Source: Mizuhopecten yessoensis
Taxonomy: Eukaryota
Direction of reading: 5' to 3'
Length of the DNA: 64,000 bases
Assembly (NCBI RefSeq): GCF_002113885.1
Contig: NW_018407074.1
Location: 453,948-517,947 of the forward strand
Shown here: one piece after another, positions 13,901 to 25,900 of the stretch
Layout of the letters: each line of letters begins with the position of its first letter
Numbering within the stretch: the stretch's first letter is position 1
Notes under the pieces: model-generated
What the model saw: only the letters and a program-made list of their open reading frames with translations
The model's database searches: none
What the model was told of the DNA's origin: nothing
Translations under genes and position numbers: made by a program

Positions 13901-16900
13901 GTGCCTGGAGAATAATTTCAGATTAATAATATTCTCATTTTGTGTCATTTTTGAAGCAAGGTAACATATAGAAATCACTTGGTTGTTGCAATATCTCTTG
14001 AAGTGACTATAGATTTTCTTTCTACAAATTGTTTTAGCATCAATAACCTTTTAAGGTTTAATTAAGAAAAAAACTCAATATCAATTCTTGTTATGAATTT
14101 TAAGAGACAGATATGAAAAATTCCATAATCTATTTTGTACAAAATCGTTAATGGTAAAAAATATTATAGAACATGATTTGATTTATCAAATATTTTTTCG
14201 TATGAAGTGTGATAATAATTGTTTTTTTCCATCAAGTTATTTCAATATGAAAAATCATATTATAAAAACTAAATTATACCAAATATTTGTATTTTGTTTC
14301 CAGATGTGATTCTTCCAAATGGTTTAAATGTTGTCAAGTTTAGTGCTATCCATGAATTCCAAAATCTCCATGCAATTTACAAGGAAAAAATCCATGATTT
14401 TGTTAGAGGACATTTTTATGGGTAAGTATGAATGTGATGCCTCTACTGACAGGCTGATAGGAATATTCATTAGAATTTTTCCAAGTTGTACCTCATTTTG
14501 CTTAGCGATTTTAGGAAAACTAGAATTTCTAACTCTTATCAAATTGAATACTGTAGTTGGACATACAGCAGCTAGAAAAATAAAAGAAGTAAACAGACTA
14601 AATGGGGGTTTGCCATTATCACAAATAGTAGAAAATATTAAAAGTGTTGGAGAACCAACTTAATGATAAGAAAAGGAGTCTAACGCCCTGTAGGGATGGT
14701 TGGTGGAGGTCTCGGTGGAGGAATCCCAGGTGGATACCGGAGTAATACTGTATTCTAGTAGAGCTTATAGAAGGGAGATAAATACAAGTAAGTAAGAGAA
14801 GGAGTCTAACGCCCTGTAGGGATGGTTGGTGGAGGTCTCTGTGGAGGAATCCCAGGTGGATACCGGAGTAATACTGTATTCTAGTAGAGCTTATAGAAGG
14901 GAGATAAATACAAGTAAGTAAGCGATGGAGTCTAACGCCCTGTAGGGATGGTTGGTGGAGGTCTTGGTTGAGGAATCCCAGGTGGATACCGGAGTAATAC
15001 TGCATTCTAGTAGAGCTTATAGAAGGGAGATAAATACAAGTAAGTAAGCGATGGAGTCTAACGCCCTGTAGGGATGGTTGGTGGAGGTCTCGGTGGAGGA
15101 ATCCCAGGTGGATACTGGAGTATCCTAGTACAGCTTATAGAAGGGAGATAAATACAAGTAGGTAAGAGAAGGAGCATCAACACCAAGGATTCCATAACTG
15201 TAGGTTTTCTTAGTTTACATGTTTCGTATGGCTAGGCCAACCGTCATCAGAACCAGGTCAAAATCAGGTTTGATGACGGGTGGCCAAGCCATCTGAAACA
15301 TGTCAACTAATAAAACCTACAGTTATGGAATCCTTGGTGTTGATGCCCCATCTCTTACCTATATACGTTTTACAGAAATAAAATGAGAATTGTAGGACAG
15401 ATATTATAAAATAGTTACAATTTTGACTAGTAAAGTGCATTTCTTTGCCATGTAAGTATTATGTTAGTATCTTAGACCATAGCTATAATTTTTTATCTTT
15501 TCCTTTTCACAGGCATTATGACTTTGATCTAGATAAGACTCTTTACCTATTCACTGCGGGGCGATATGAATTTTCCAACAAAGGAGCTGATGTTTTCATA
15601 GAGGCTCTAGCACGACTCAACCACTTCCTGAAGGTAAGTGCAAAAATAGTGACTCAGCTTGACTGGACAAATATCTAAAGTTAATGTGTATATAGTGACT
15701 CAGCTTGACTGGATCAATATCTAAAGTTAATGTGTATATAGTGACTCAGCTTGACTGGACCAATATCTAAAGTTAATGTGTATATAGTGACCAAGCTTGA
15801 CTGGACCAATATCTAAAGTTAATGTGTATATAGTGACTCAGCTTAACTGGACCAATATCTAAAGTTAATGTGTATATAGTGACTCAGCTTGACTGGACCA
15901 ATATCTAAAGTTAATTTGTATATAGTGACTCAGCTTGACTTAAACATTATCTAAAGTTAATGTGCATATAGTGACTCAGCTTGACTTAAACACTATCTAA
16001 AGTTAATGTGTATAAAGTGACTCAGCTTAACTGGACCAATATCTAAAGTTAATGTGTATATTGTGACTCAGCTTGACTGGACCAATATCTTAAGTTAATG
16101 TGTATATAGTGACCAAGCTTGACTGGACCAATATCTAAAGTTAATGTGTATAAAGTGACCTAGCTTGACTGGACCAATATCTAAAATTAATGTGTATATA
16201 GTTACTCAGCTTGACTCGACCAATATCTAAGGTTAAGTTGTATATAGTGACTCAGCTTGACTGGACCAATATCTAATGTTAATGTGTATATAGTGACTCA
16301 GCTTGACTTAAACACTATCTAAAGTTAATGTGTATATATATAGTGACCTAGCTTGACTGGACCAATATCTAAAGTTAATGTGTATATAGTGACTCAGCGT
16401 GACTGAACCAATATCTAAAGTTAATGTGTATATAGTAACTCAGCTTGACTGGACCAATATCTGAAGTTAATGTGTATATAGTGACCTAGCTTGACCTAAA
16501 CACTATCTAAAGTTAATGTGTATATAGTGACCTAGCTTGACTGGACCAATATCTAAAGTTAATGTGTATATAGTGACCTAGCTTGACTGGACCAATATCT
16601 AAAGTTAATGTGTATATAGTGACCTAGCTTGACTGGACCAATATCTAAAGTTAATGTGTATATAGTGACCTAGCTTGACTGGACCAATATCTAAAGTTAA
16701 TGTGTATATAGTGACCTAGCTTGACTGGACCAATATCTAAAGTTAATGTGTATATAGTGACCTAGCTTGACTGGACCAATATCTAAAGTTAATGTGTATA
16801 TAGTGACCTAGCTTGACTGGACCAATATCTAAAGTTAATGTGTATATAGTGACCTAGCTTGACTGGACCAATATCTAAAGTTAATGTGTATATAGTGACC

Positions 16901-19900
16901 TAGCTTGACTGGACCAATATCTAAAGTTAATGTGTATATAGTGACCTAGCTTGACTGGACCAATATCTAAAGTTAATGTGTATATAGTGACCTAGCTTGA
17001 CTGGACCAATATCTAAAGTTAATGTGTATATAGTGACCTAGCTTGACTGGACCAATATCTAAAGTTAATGTGTATATAGTGACCTAGCTTGACTGGACCA
17101 ATATCTAAAGTTAATGTGTATATAGTGACCTAGCTTGACTGGACCAATATCTAAAGTTAATGTGTATATAGTGACCTAGCTTGACTGGACCAATATCTAA
17201 AGTTAATGTGTATATAGTGACCTAGCTTGACTGGACCAATATCTAAAGTTAATGTGTATATAGTGACCTAGCTTGACTGGACCAATATCTAAAGTTAATG
17301 TGTATATAGTGACCTAGCTTGACTGGACCAATATCTAAAGTTAATGTGTATATAGTGACCTAGCTTGACTGGACCAATATCTAAAGTTAATGTGTATATA
17401 GTGACCTAGCTTGACTGGACCAATATCTAAAGTTAATGTGTATATAGTGACCTAGCTTGACTGGACCAATATCTAAAGTTAATGTGTATATAGTGACCTA
17501 GCTTGACTGGACCAATATCTAAAGTTAATGTGTATATAGTGACCTAGCTTGACTGGACCAATATCTAAAGTTAATGTGTATATAGTGACCTAGCTTGACT
17601 GGACCAATATCTAAAGTTAATGTGTATATAGTGACCTAGCTTGACTGGACCAATATCTAAAGTTAATGTGTATATAGTGACCTAGCTTGACTGGACCAAT
17701 ATCTAAAGTTAATGTGTATATAGTGACCTAGCTTGACTGGACCAATATCTAAAGTTAATGTGTATATAGTGACCTAGCTTGACTGGACCAATATCTAAAG
17801 TTAATGTGTATATAGTGACCTAGCTTGACTGGACCAATATCTAAAGTTAATGTGTATATAGTGACTCAGCTTGACTGGACCAATATCTAAAGTTAATGTG
17901 TATATAGTGACCTAGCTTGACTGGACCAATATCTAAAGTTTATGTGTATATAGTGACCTAGCTTGACTTGACCAATGTCTAAAGTTAAGGTTTATATAGT
18001 GACTCAGCTTGACTGGACCAATATCTAAAGTTAATGTGTTTATAGTGACTCAGCTTGACTGGACCAATATCTTTAGATAATGTGTATATAGTGACTCAGC
18101 TTGACTGAACCAATATCTAAAGTTAATGTGTATATAGTGACCTAGCTTGACTTAAACACTATCTAAAGTTAATGTGTATATATTGACCTAGCTTGACTGG
18201 ACCAATATCTAAAGTTAATATGTATATAGTGACCTAGCTTGACTGGACCAATATCTAAAGTTAATGTGTATACAGTGACCTAGCTTGACTGGACCAATAT
18301 CTAAAGTTAATGTGTTTATAGTGACTCAGCTTGACTGGACCAATATCTAAAGTTAATGTGTATATAGTAACTCAGCTTGACTTAACCAATATCTAAAGTT
18401 AATGTGTATATAGTGACTCAGCTTGACTGGACCAATATCTTTAGATAATGTGTATACAGTGACTCAGCTTGACTGGACCAATATCTGTAGATAATGTGTA
18501 TATAGTGACTCAGCTTGACTGGATCAATATCTAAAGTTAATGTGTATATAGTGACCTAGCTTGACTTGACCAATATCTAAAGTTAATGTGTATATAGTGA
18601 CTCAGCTTGACTGGACCAATATCTTAAGTTAATGTGTATATAGTGACTCAGCTTGACTGGACCAATATCTAAAATTAATGTGTATATAGTGACTCAGCTT
18701 GACTGGACCAATATCTAGAGTTAATGTGTATATAGTAACTCAGCTTGACTGGTCCAATATCTAAAGTTAATGTGTATATAGTGACCTGGCATGACTTAAC
18801 CACTATCTAAAGTTAATGTGTATATAGTGACCTAGCTTGACTGGACCGATATCTAAAGTTAATGTGTATATAGTGACTCATCTTGTCTGGACCAATATCT
18901 AAAGTTAATGTGTATATAGTGACCTAGCTTGACTGGACCAATATCTAAAGTTAATGTATATATAGTGACTCAGCTGGACTGGACCAATATCTAAAGTTAA
19001 TGTGTATATAGTGACCTGGCAGGACTTAAACACTATCTAAAGTTAATGTGTATATAGTGACCTAGCTTGACTGGACCAATATCTAAAGTTAATGTGTATA
19101 TAGTGACTCAGCTTGACTGGACCAATATCTAAAAGTTAGTTTGTGTTGACATATGGAGTCAGCTCAATCACTTTCTTAAGAGGTAAGTATAGTATACTAT
19201 AAACATACATATTTTAACAATAATGTTATTTTAATGGGTTCATGCTATAATTATTGGGCTAAATTTAGTGAGCCCTTATAATGTTTCTGTATTAAAATCT
19301 ATTGCATAAGTGTGTGTACACCAATTCATTATTCACTAATCTGTTAAAATTTGATAATGTGCTAAAATTTGAGAGCGCTAAACATAGAAGGATGTTAACA
19401 GTAATGTTTGGAGGCTCTCAATCGGCCAGCTGAACTTATCAGAAAAACAAATCAGCTGATAAACCACTCAATGAAACATAGAATATTTTAATGAAGTTCT
19501 TCTTATCATCATCTCAGTCATTAAAAGAATCATATTTATTAATGTATTCCGTCTTTGCGTGTTGCAGAGTTATCTTCTCTTGTGAGCAGGTATTGATTAT
19601 TGCGTCATTTGTTTGTGAAAAAACGACGTTATTTTCTCACACAAACCAATGACGTAACAATCAATACCTGCTCACACGAGAAGATTACTCTGCAATACGC
19701 AAAGACAGAATAATAGAACCTATCAAATCTTTCAATACCTACAATGCAGTGATTTTTTGTCACAGTACTTCCAAATCAAACTTTGAGATTGTGAGAAGTA
19801 AACACCATACCATACAACTTATCATGTTTCACCTTTCTCCTACAGAGTTGTGGAAGTGACATGACTGTGGTAGCATTCCTAATTTTCCCAGCCAAAACAA

Positions 19901-22900
19901 ATAATTTTAACGTGGAGTCCCTTAAAGGCCAGGCAATTGCTAAGCAGTTAAAGGATACAGTCCAACATGTACAAAACCAGATTGGCAAGAGGATGTTTGA
20001 GATCTGTCTTAGGTAAGGATGAGATATAGATACAAATATTCAAACAATGGATGAGGTACACACTTAATCTATTAGAAATCTTAAATTTAATGCATGACAG
20101 CTCAATTGCTATCTTAGTTAGTTGTCATTGAGTATAGAAAATAAATCTTTTTGTGTTCTTTTATAGGGGAAATCTACCAAAAGGGGAGGACATACTTTTA
20201 CAAGATGATGTTGTGAAGCTGAAGAGGTGTATATACACAGCTCAGGTAAAAGGACTACTTTTTCTCACTAACTTTATTATAAATACAATCATAAAGGCGA
20301 TAAAATGGTTTATTACATGCTGGTGTTTATATACACTGTTAGAAATCTAATATTCACATATGATTTGTTAACTTTTGTACATTAAATTCTTTGGTTTAAA
20401 GGATTTTTTTTTTATACACATAATACATTTGGTTCAATAAATTTATGCTTGATATATACTTCAAATAAAGAAATGGAGGCCGAAACAAGTATCGAAGACT
20501 TAGGGTAATCTATCACCAAACAGTAAAGTTAGAGGGTAATCTATCACCAAACAGTAAAGTTAGAGGGTAATCTATCACCAAACAGTAAAGTTAGAGGGTA
20601 ATCTATCACCAAACAGTAAAGTTAGAGGGTAATCTATCACCAAACAGTAAAGTTAGAGGGTAATCTATCACCAAACAGTAAAGTTAGAGGGTAATCTATC
20701 ACCAAACAGTAAAGTTAGAGGGTAATCTATCACCAAACAGTAAAGTTAGAGGGTAATCTATCACCAAACAGTAAAGTTAGAGGGTAATCTATCACCAAAC
20801 AGTAAAGTTAGAGGGTAATCTATCACCAAACAGTAAAGTTAGAGGGTAATCTATCACCAAACAGTAAAGTTAGAGGGTAATCTATCACCAAACAGTAAAG
20901 TTAGAGGGTAATCTATCACCAAACAGTAAAGTTAGAGGGTAATCTATCACCAAACAGTAAAGTTAGAGGGTAATCTATCACCAAACAGTAAAGTTAGAGG
21001 GTAATCTATCACCAAACAGTAAAGTTAGAGGGTAATCTATCACCAAACAGTAAAGTTAGAGGGTAATCTATCACCAAACAGTAAAGTTAGAGGGTAATCT
21101 ATCACCAAACAGTAAAGTTAGAGGGTAATCTATCACCAAACAGTAAAGTTAGAGGGTAATCTATCACCAAACAGTAAAGTTAGAGGGTAATCTATCACCA
21201 AACAGTAAAGTTAGAGGGTAATCTATCACCAAACAGTAAAGTTAGAGGGTAATCTATCACCAAACAGTAAAGTTAGAGGGTAATCTATCACCAAACAGTA
21301 AAGTTAGAGGGTAATCTATCACCAAACAGTAAAGTTAGAGGGTAATCTATCACCAAACAGTAAAGTTAGAGGGTAATCTATCACCAAACAGTAAAGTTAG
21401 AGGGTAATCTATCACCAAACAGTAAAGTTAGAGGGTAATCTATCACCAAACAGTAAAGTTAGAGGGCAATCTATCACCAAACAGTAAAGTTAGAGGGCAA
21501 TCTATCACCAAACAGTAAAGTTAGAGGGTAATCTATCACCAAACAGTAAAGTTAGAGGGTAATCTATCACCAAACAGTAAAGTTAGAGGGCAATCTATCA
21601 CCAAACAGTAAAGTTAGAGGGCAATCTATCACCAAACAGTAAAGTTAGAGGGCAATCTATCACCAAACAGTAAAGTTAGAGGGCAATCTATCACCAAACA
21701 GTAAAGTTAGAGGGCAATCTATCACCAAACAGTAAAGTTAGAGGGCAATCTATCACCAAACAGTAAAGTTAGAGGGCAATCTATCACCAAACAGTAAAGT
21801 TAGAGGGCAATCTATCACCAAACAGTAAAGTTAGAGGGCAATCTATCACCAAACAGTAAAGTTAGAGGGCAATCTATCACCAAACAGTAAAGTTAGAGGG
21901 CAATCTATCACCAAACAGTAAAGTTAGAGGGCAATCTATCACCAAACAGTAAAGTTAGAGGGCAATCTATCACCAAACAGTAAAGTTAGAGGGCAATCTA
22001 TCACCAAACAGTAAAGTTAGAGGGTAATCTATCACCAAACAGTAAAGTTAGAGGGCAATCTATCACCAAACAGTAAAGTTAGAGGGCAATCTATCACCAA
22101 ACAGTAAAGTTAGAGGGCAATCTATCACCAAACAGTAAAGTTAGAGGGCAATCTATCACCAAACAGTAAAGTTAGAGGGCAATCTATCACCAAACAGTAA
22201 AGTTAGAGGGCAATCTATCACCAAACAGTAAAGTTAGAGGGCAATCTATCACCAAACAGTAAAGTTAGAGGGCAATCTATCACCAAACAGTAAAGTTAGA
22301 GGGCAATCTATCACCAAACAGTAAAGTTAGAATGTATTGTAGCAACATATTATGATATTGAACAAATTAACTGAAAAATCTTTATCATTAGTTCATTTGC
22401 TGACAACAACATATTGGCTAAGTGTCAGGCCTAAATTAAACTATTGCTTGTTTGCCAAGTTCCAACTTTGCAAAGTACACCTGTAGGTTTTATTTATAAA
22501 TACTTGAATTATGATTGAGAGGGAGCTGTTTTGATTTGCAAATAAAACTTATCACAAATACTATGCTAAATAAATTGCAGGTTTAAAATTTATGTATTTA
22601 GTTTTGTATTGTTTGGTGGTATATTATGACATAAATCAGAAAAATAATTTCTCTGCCATATATAGCGACACAGCCTGCCTCCCATCTCGACACACAATGT
22701 AGTGGACGACTGGAATGACCAGGTGCTGACCTCACTCCGCAGGTGTAAACTTTTCAACAATCGTGATGACCGTGTCAAGGTAGGTCATCACTAATAGTAG
22801 CAATGTCAGAGTAAGCCTCTGGTGAATGTTCCAACAATAATTGTACATCACATGTCGAAGTGGCACAGTAGTCTATAGCTAGCGGTAGGATGCTGAGCTC

Positions 22901-25900
22901 ATGACCGAAGGGTCGCGGGTTGGAGTTCCGTCATTGCACTGTGTTGTATCCTTGAACAAGAGACTTTACTCTGCTTGTTCCAGTCTACTCAGCTGTAACT
23001 GAGTATGTGGTTGGGCAGTACTGGAATAGTTGAATGCTAGCCATGAGCACCAGAATGGCAGCACCAGCTGTATGCTCCCCAGGTAGTTGAGAAAGATATT
23101 TGCTGGTAGCAAATGCCCAATTACCACAAATAATAATTTGTGAACTGCTTTGAGACGACCTGGGATGTGCTAAAGCGGTACAAGAGAACCTCAAATTATT
23201 ATTTTTATATGTCATTATCTGTTGTGTAGGATATAAGATTTACAGTAAAAGTTGATGCTCATGCTTAAGTTCTTCTTTACCAAACATTAAGAAGTTTCTT
23301 GCTGATCTCATTTCTTTACTTGATGTCCAGGTGATCTTTCACCCAGAGTTCCTTAACTCCACCAATCCACTGTTTGGTCTGGACTACGAGGACTTTGTAC
23401 GGGGCTGCCACATGGGCGTTTTCCCGTCCTACTATGAGCCGTGGGGATACACACCAGGTAGGGTTGACATTGCTTCCTTAGCATGCAATCAAACTTAACC
23501 CTTTTATCACTGTAGACCATAATGGACTCATCCAGATCAATGCATGGTAGAGTTTATTATAGTTGCATAGGGGTGAAAGGGTTAACCACACACTGTAACT
23601 GACCTATTTCTAGCTTAATTAAATGTTGATCATATAGTCCAAGATATCAGTGTCTTCTGTTGTCCTTTGTTTGGACATTCAAAAAATATGTGATTACAGG
23701 ACATATAATAATGATCTAAACAGTCATGTTGCCTATTTATGAAATCTACTTAAATTAATAGAGTAATACTGGTTAGTATAAATGGCGTATAAGGTATTTG
23801 TGAGAGTAACTAAGTTTATTGGAGTGGTTGCCTCATGTTACATGTACAGCTGTCCTGATCTCTCCCAAGCTTTGTCAGTAATAAATAGCCAGGGTATGAC
23901 GGTCAAAGCAAAGGTAACTAAACTGTAGGTTAGTGTCAGTGGTAGTAGTGTGGTTGTTGATTAACATTGATGTGAACTTAACTAAAACTTAAACTTTCAG
24001 CGGAGTGTACTGTGATGGGCATCCCTAGTATAACAACAAATCTATCCGGGTTTGGCTGTTTCATGCATGACCACATAGTGGACCCCAAGTCTTACGGGAT
24101 CTACATTGTAGACAGACAGAAAAAAGGTTTAGAGGACTCCATACAGGAGCTGTCCCAGGTAATCATTGTAACGATGACCTGCATCGTGATATTTGACATA
24201 CATTGTCATATTTCAAATCCATTATATGGTTTGACCTACATTGTGATGTTGACTTACATTGTTTTGTTGACCCATATCGTTATTTTGACCCACATAGTTG
24301 TAATGACCTACATTGTTTTGTTGACCTACATTGCAATTTTGACATGCATAGTGACATTCAATCCCCATTGTGACATTTGACCAATATTGTGACCTTTGAC
24401 CCACATTATGACATTTGACCTACCTTGTAGTGTTAACCTACATTGTTTTATGACCTTAATTGTGATATTCAATCTATATATTTTGTTGTTTGCCAACATT
24501 GTGATGTTGACCTATATTGTATGTTGATCTTTATTCTTATATTGACATACATTGTGACATTTGACCTACATTGTTATGTTGACATATATCATAACTTGAC
24601 CTACATTGTGATGTTGACCTATTGTTTTTTTTTAACATACATTGTGACATTGGACCTACATTGTGATGTTGACATGTATTGTGATATTTGACCTACATTG
24701 TGAAGTTGACCTATTGTTATGTTGACATACATTGTAGCTTGACCTACATTTTGATGTTGACCTGTTGTTATGTTGACATACATTGTGACGTTTGACTTAT
24801 ATTGTTAAATCATTCTTCACTGTTTCCTACATTTTGCAATGTTGACCTATATTCTTATATTGACAATCTTTGTGATATTTGACCTACATTATTATGTTGA
24901 CATACATTGTGATTTGACCTACATTGTGATGTTGGCATACATTGTGATATTTGACCTAAATTGTGACATTTGACCTACATTGTAACATTTGACCTATTGT
25001 TATGTTGACATACATTTTAGTTCGACCTACATTTTTTATGTTGACCTGTTGTAATGATGTCATGATGATCTTCATTGTGATGATAACCTGCAATGTTGAA
25101 CTGATGTATATTGTTAGCTGCCACTAAAACAAATGGTTGTACAATAATGATTTCTTCGTTACTGATTAAAAACGCAGGGAAAACATTGTCTCTTGTCAAT
25201 TTTTCTCGACATGAGTTGTTCATAAGGCGTATCAAACTATATTATCATGAAGAATAAAGACAATTATAAAAAAAACTTACTTCACTAAATTGTCCCTTTA
25301 ATGTGAGCATGAATATGATGTTACAATACATGTTGACTATTATGTGATGTTGCAGTACAAGTTGTAATATTATGGGATGCTTCAGTACATATTTGAATAT
25401 TATGGGTTGTTTCAGTACATGTTGACTATTATGGGATGTTTCAGTACATGTTGTAATATTATGGGATGTTGTAGTACAACGTTTCAATATTATGGGATGT
25501 TACAGTACATGTTTGACTTCACATGCCTGTCAAGGAGACAGAGGGTTATACAGAGGAACAGAACCGAGCGACTCAGTGATCTGCTGGACTGGAAAAACCT
25601 GGGTGTGGTGAGTCTCTCATTTCACAATCCTTTAATTAGCGAGTGCTCATTTAGTAGTTATGCTTGTCTGACCATCAATGCTGCGCATCACTATAACTCC
25701 AGGTAGGAATTCCATGGAATGTTTTTTGTATGGTAATCAGTATGATACAAATCGTACTTTCACAATAACATTGTTACAATGTAATTGGGAAAGTAAAAAT
25801 ATTTACCAAGGAGTGTTATAATTTTCATTATTAACAGAATATATATATTTTTTTATACTTGTGATGCATTTATTATTTTGTTCCCCAAAATAAATCCATA

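Noticed and set aside
14619-15005. 128-aa ORF with 42-aa repeats
   Set aside because: By-product of a 126-bp (multiple of 3) repeat antisense in a GYS intron
15649-22331. CRISPR-like regularly repeated 31-46-bp units
   Set aside because: Head-to-tail repeats with no unique spacers, inside eukaryotic introns, no cas genes
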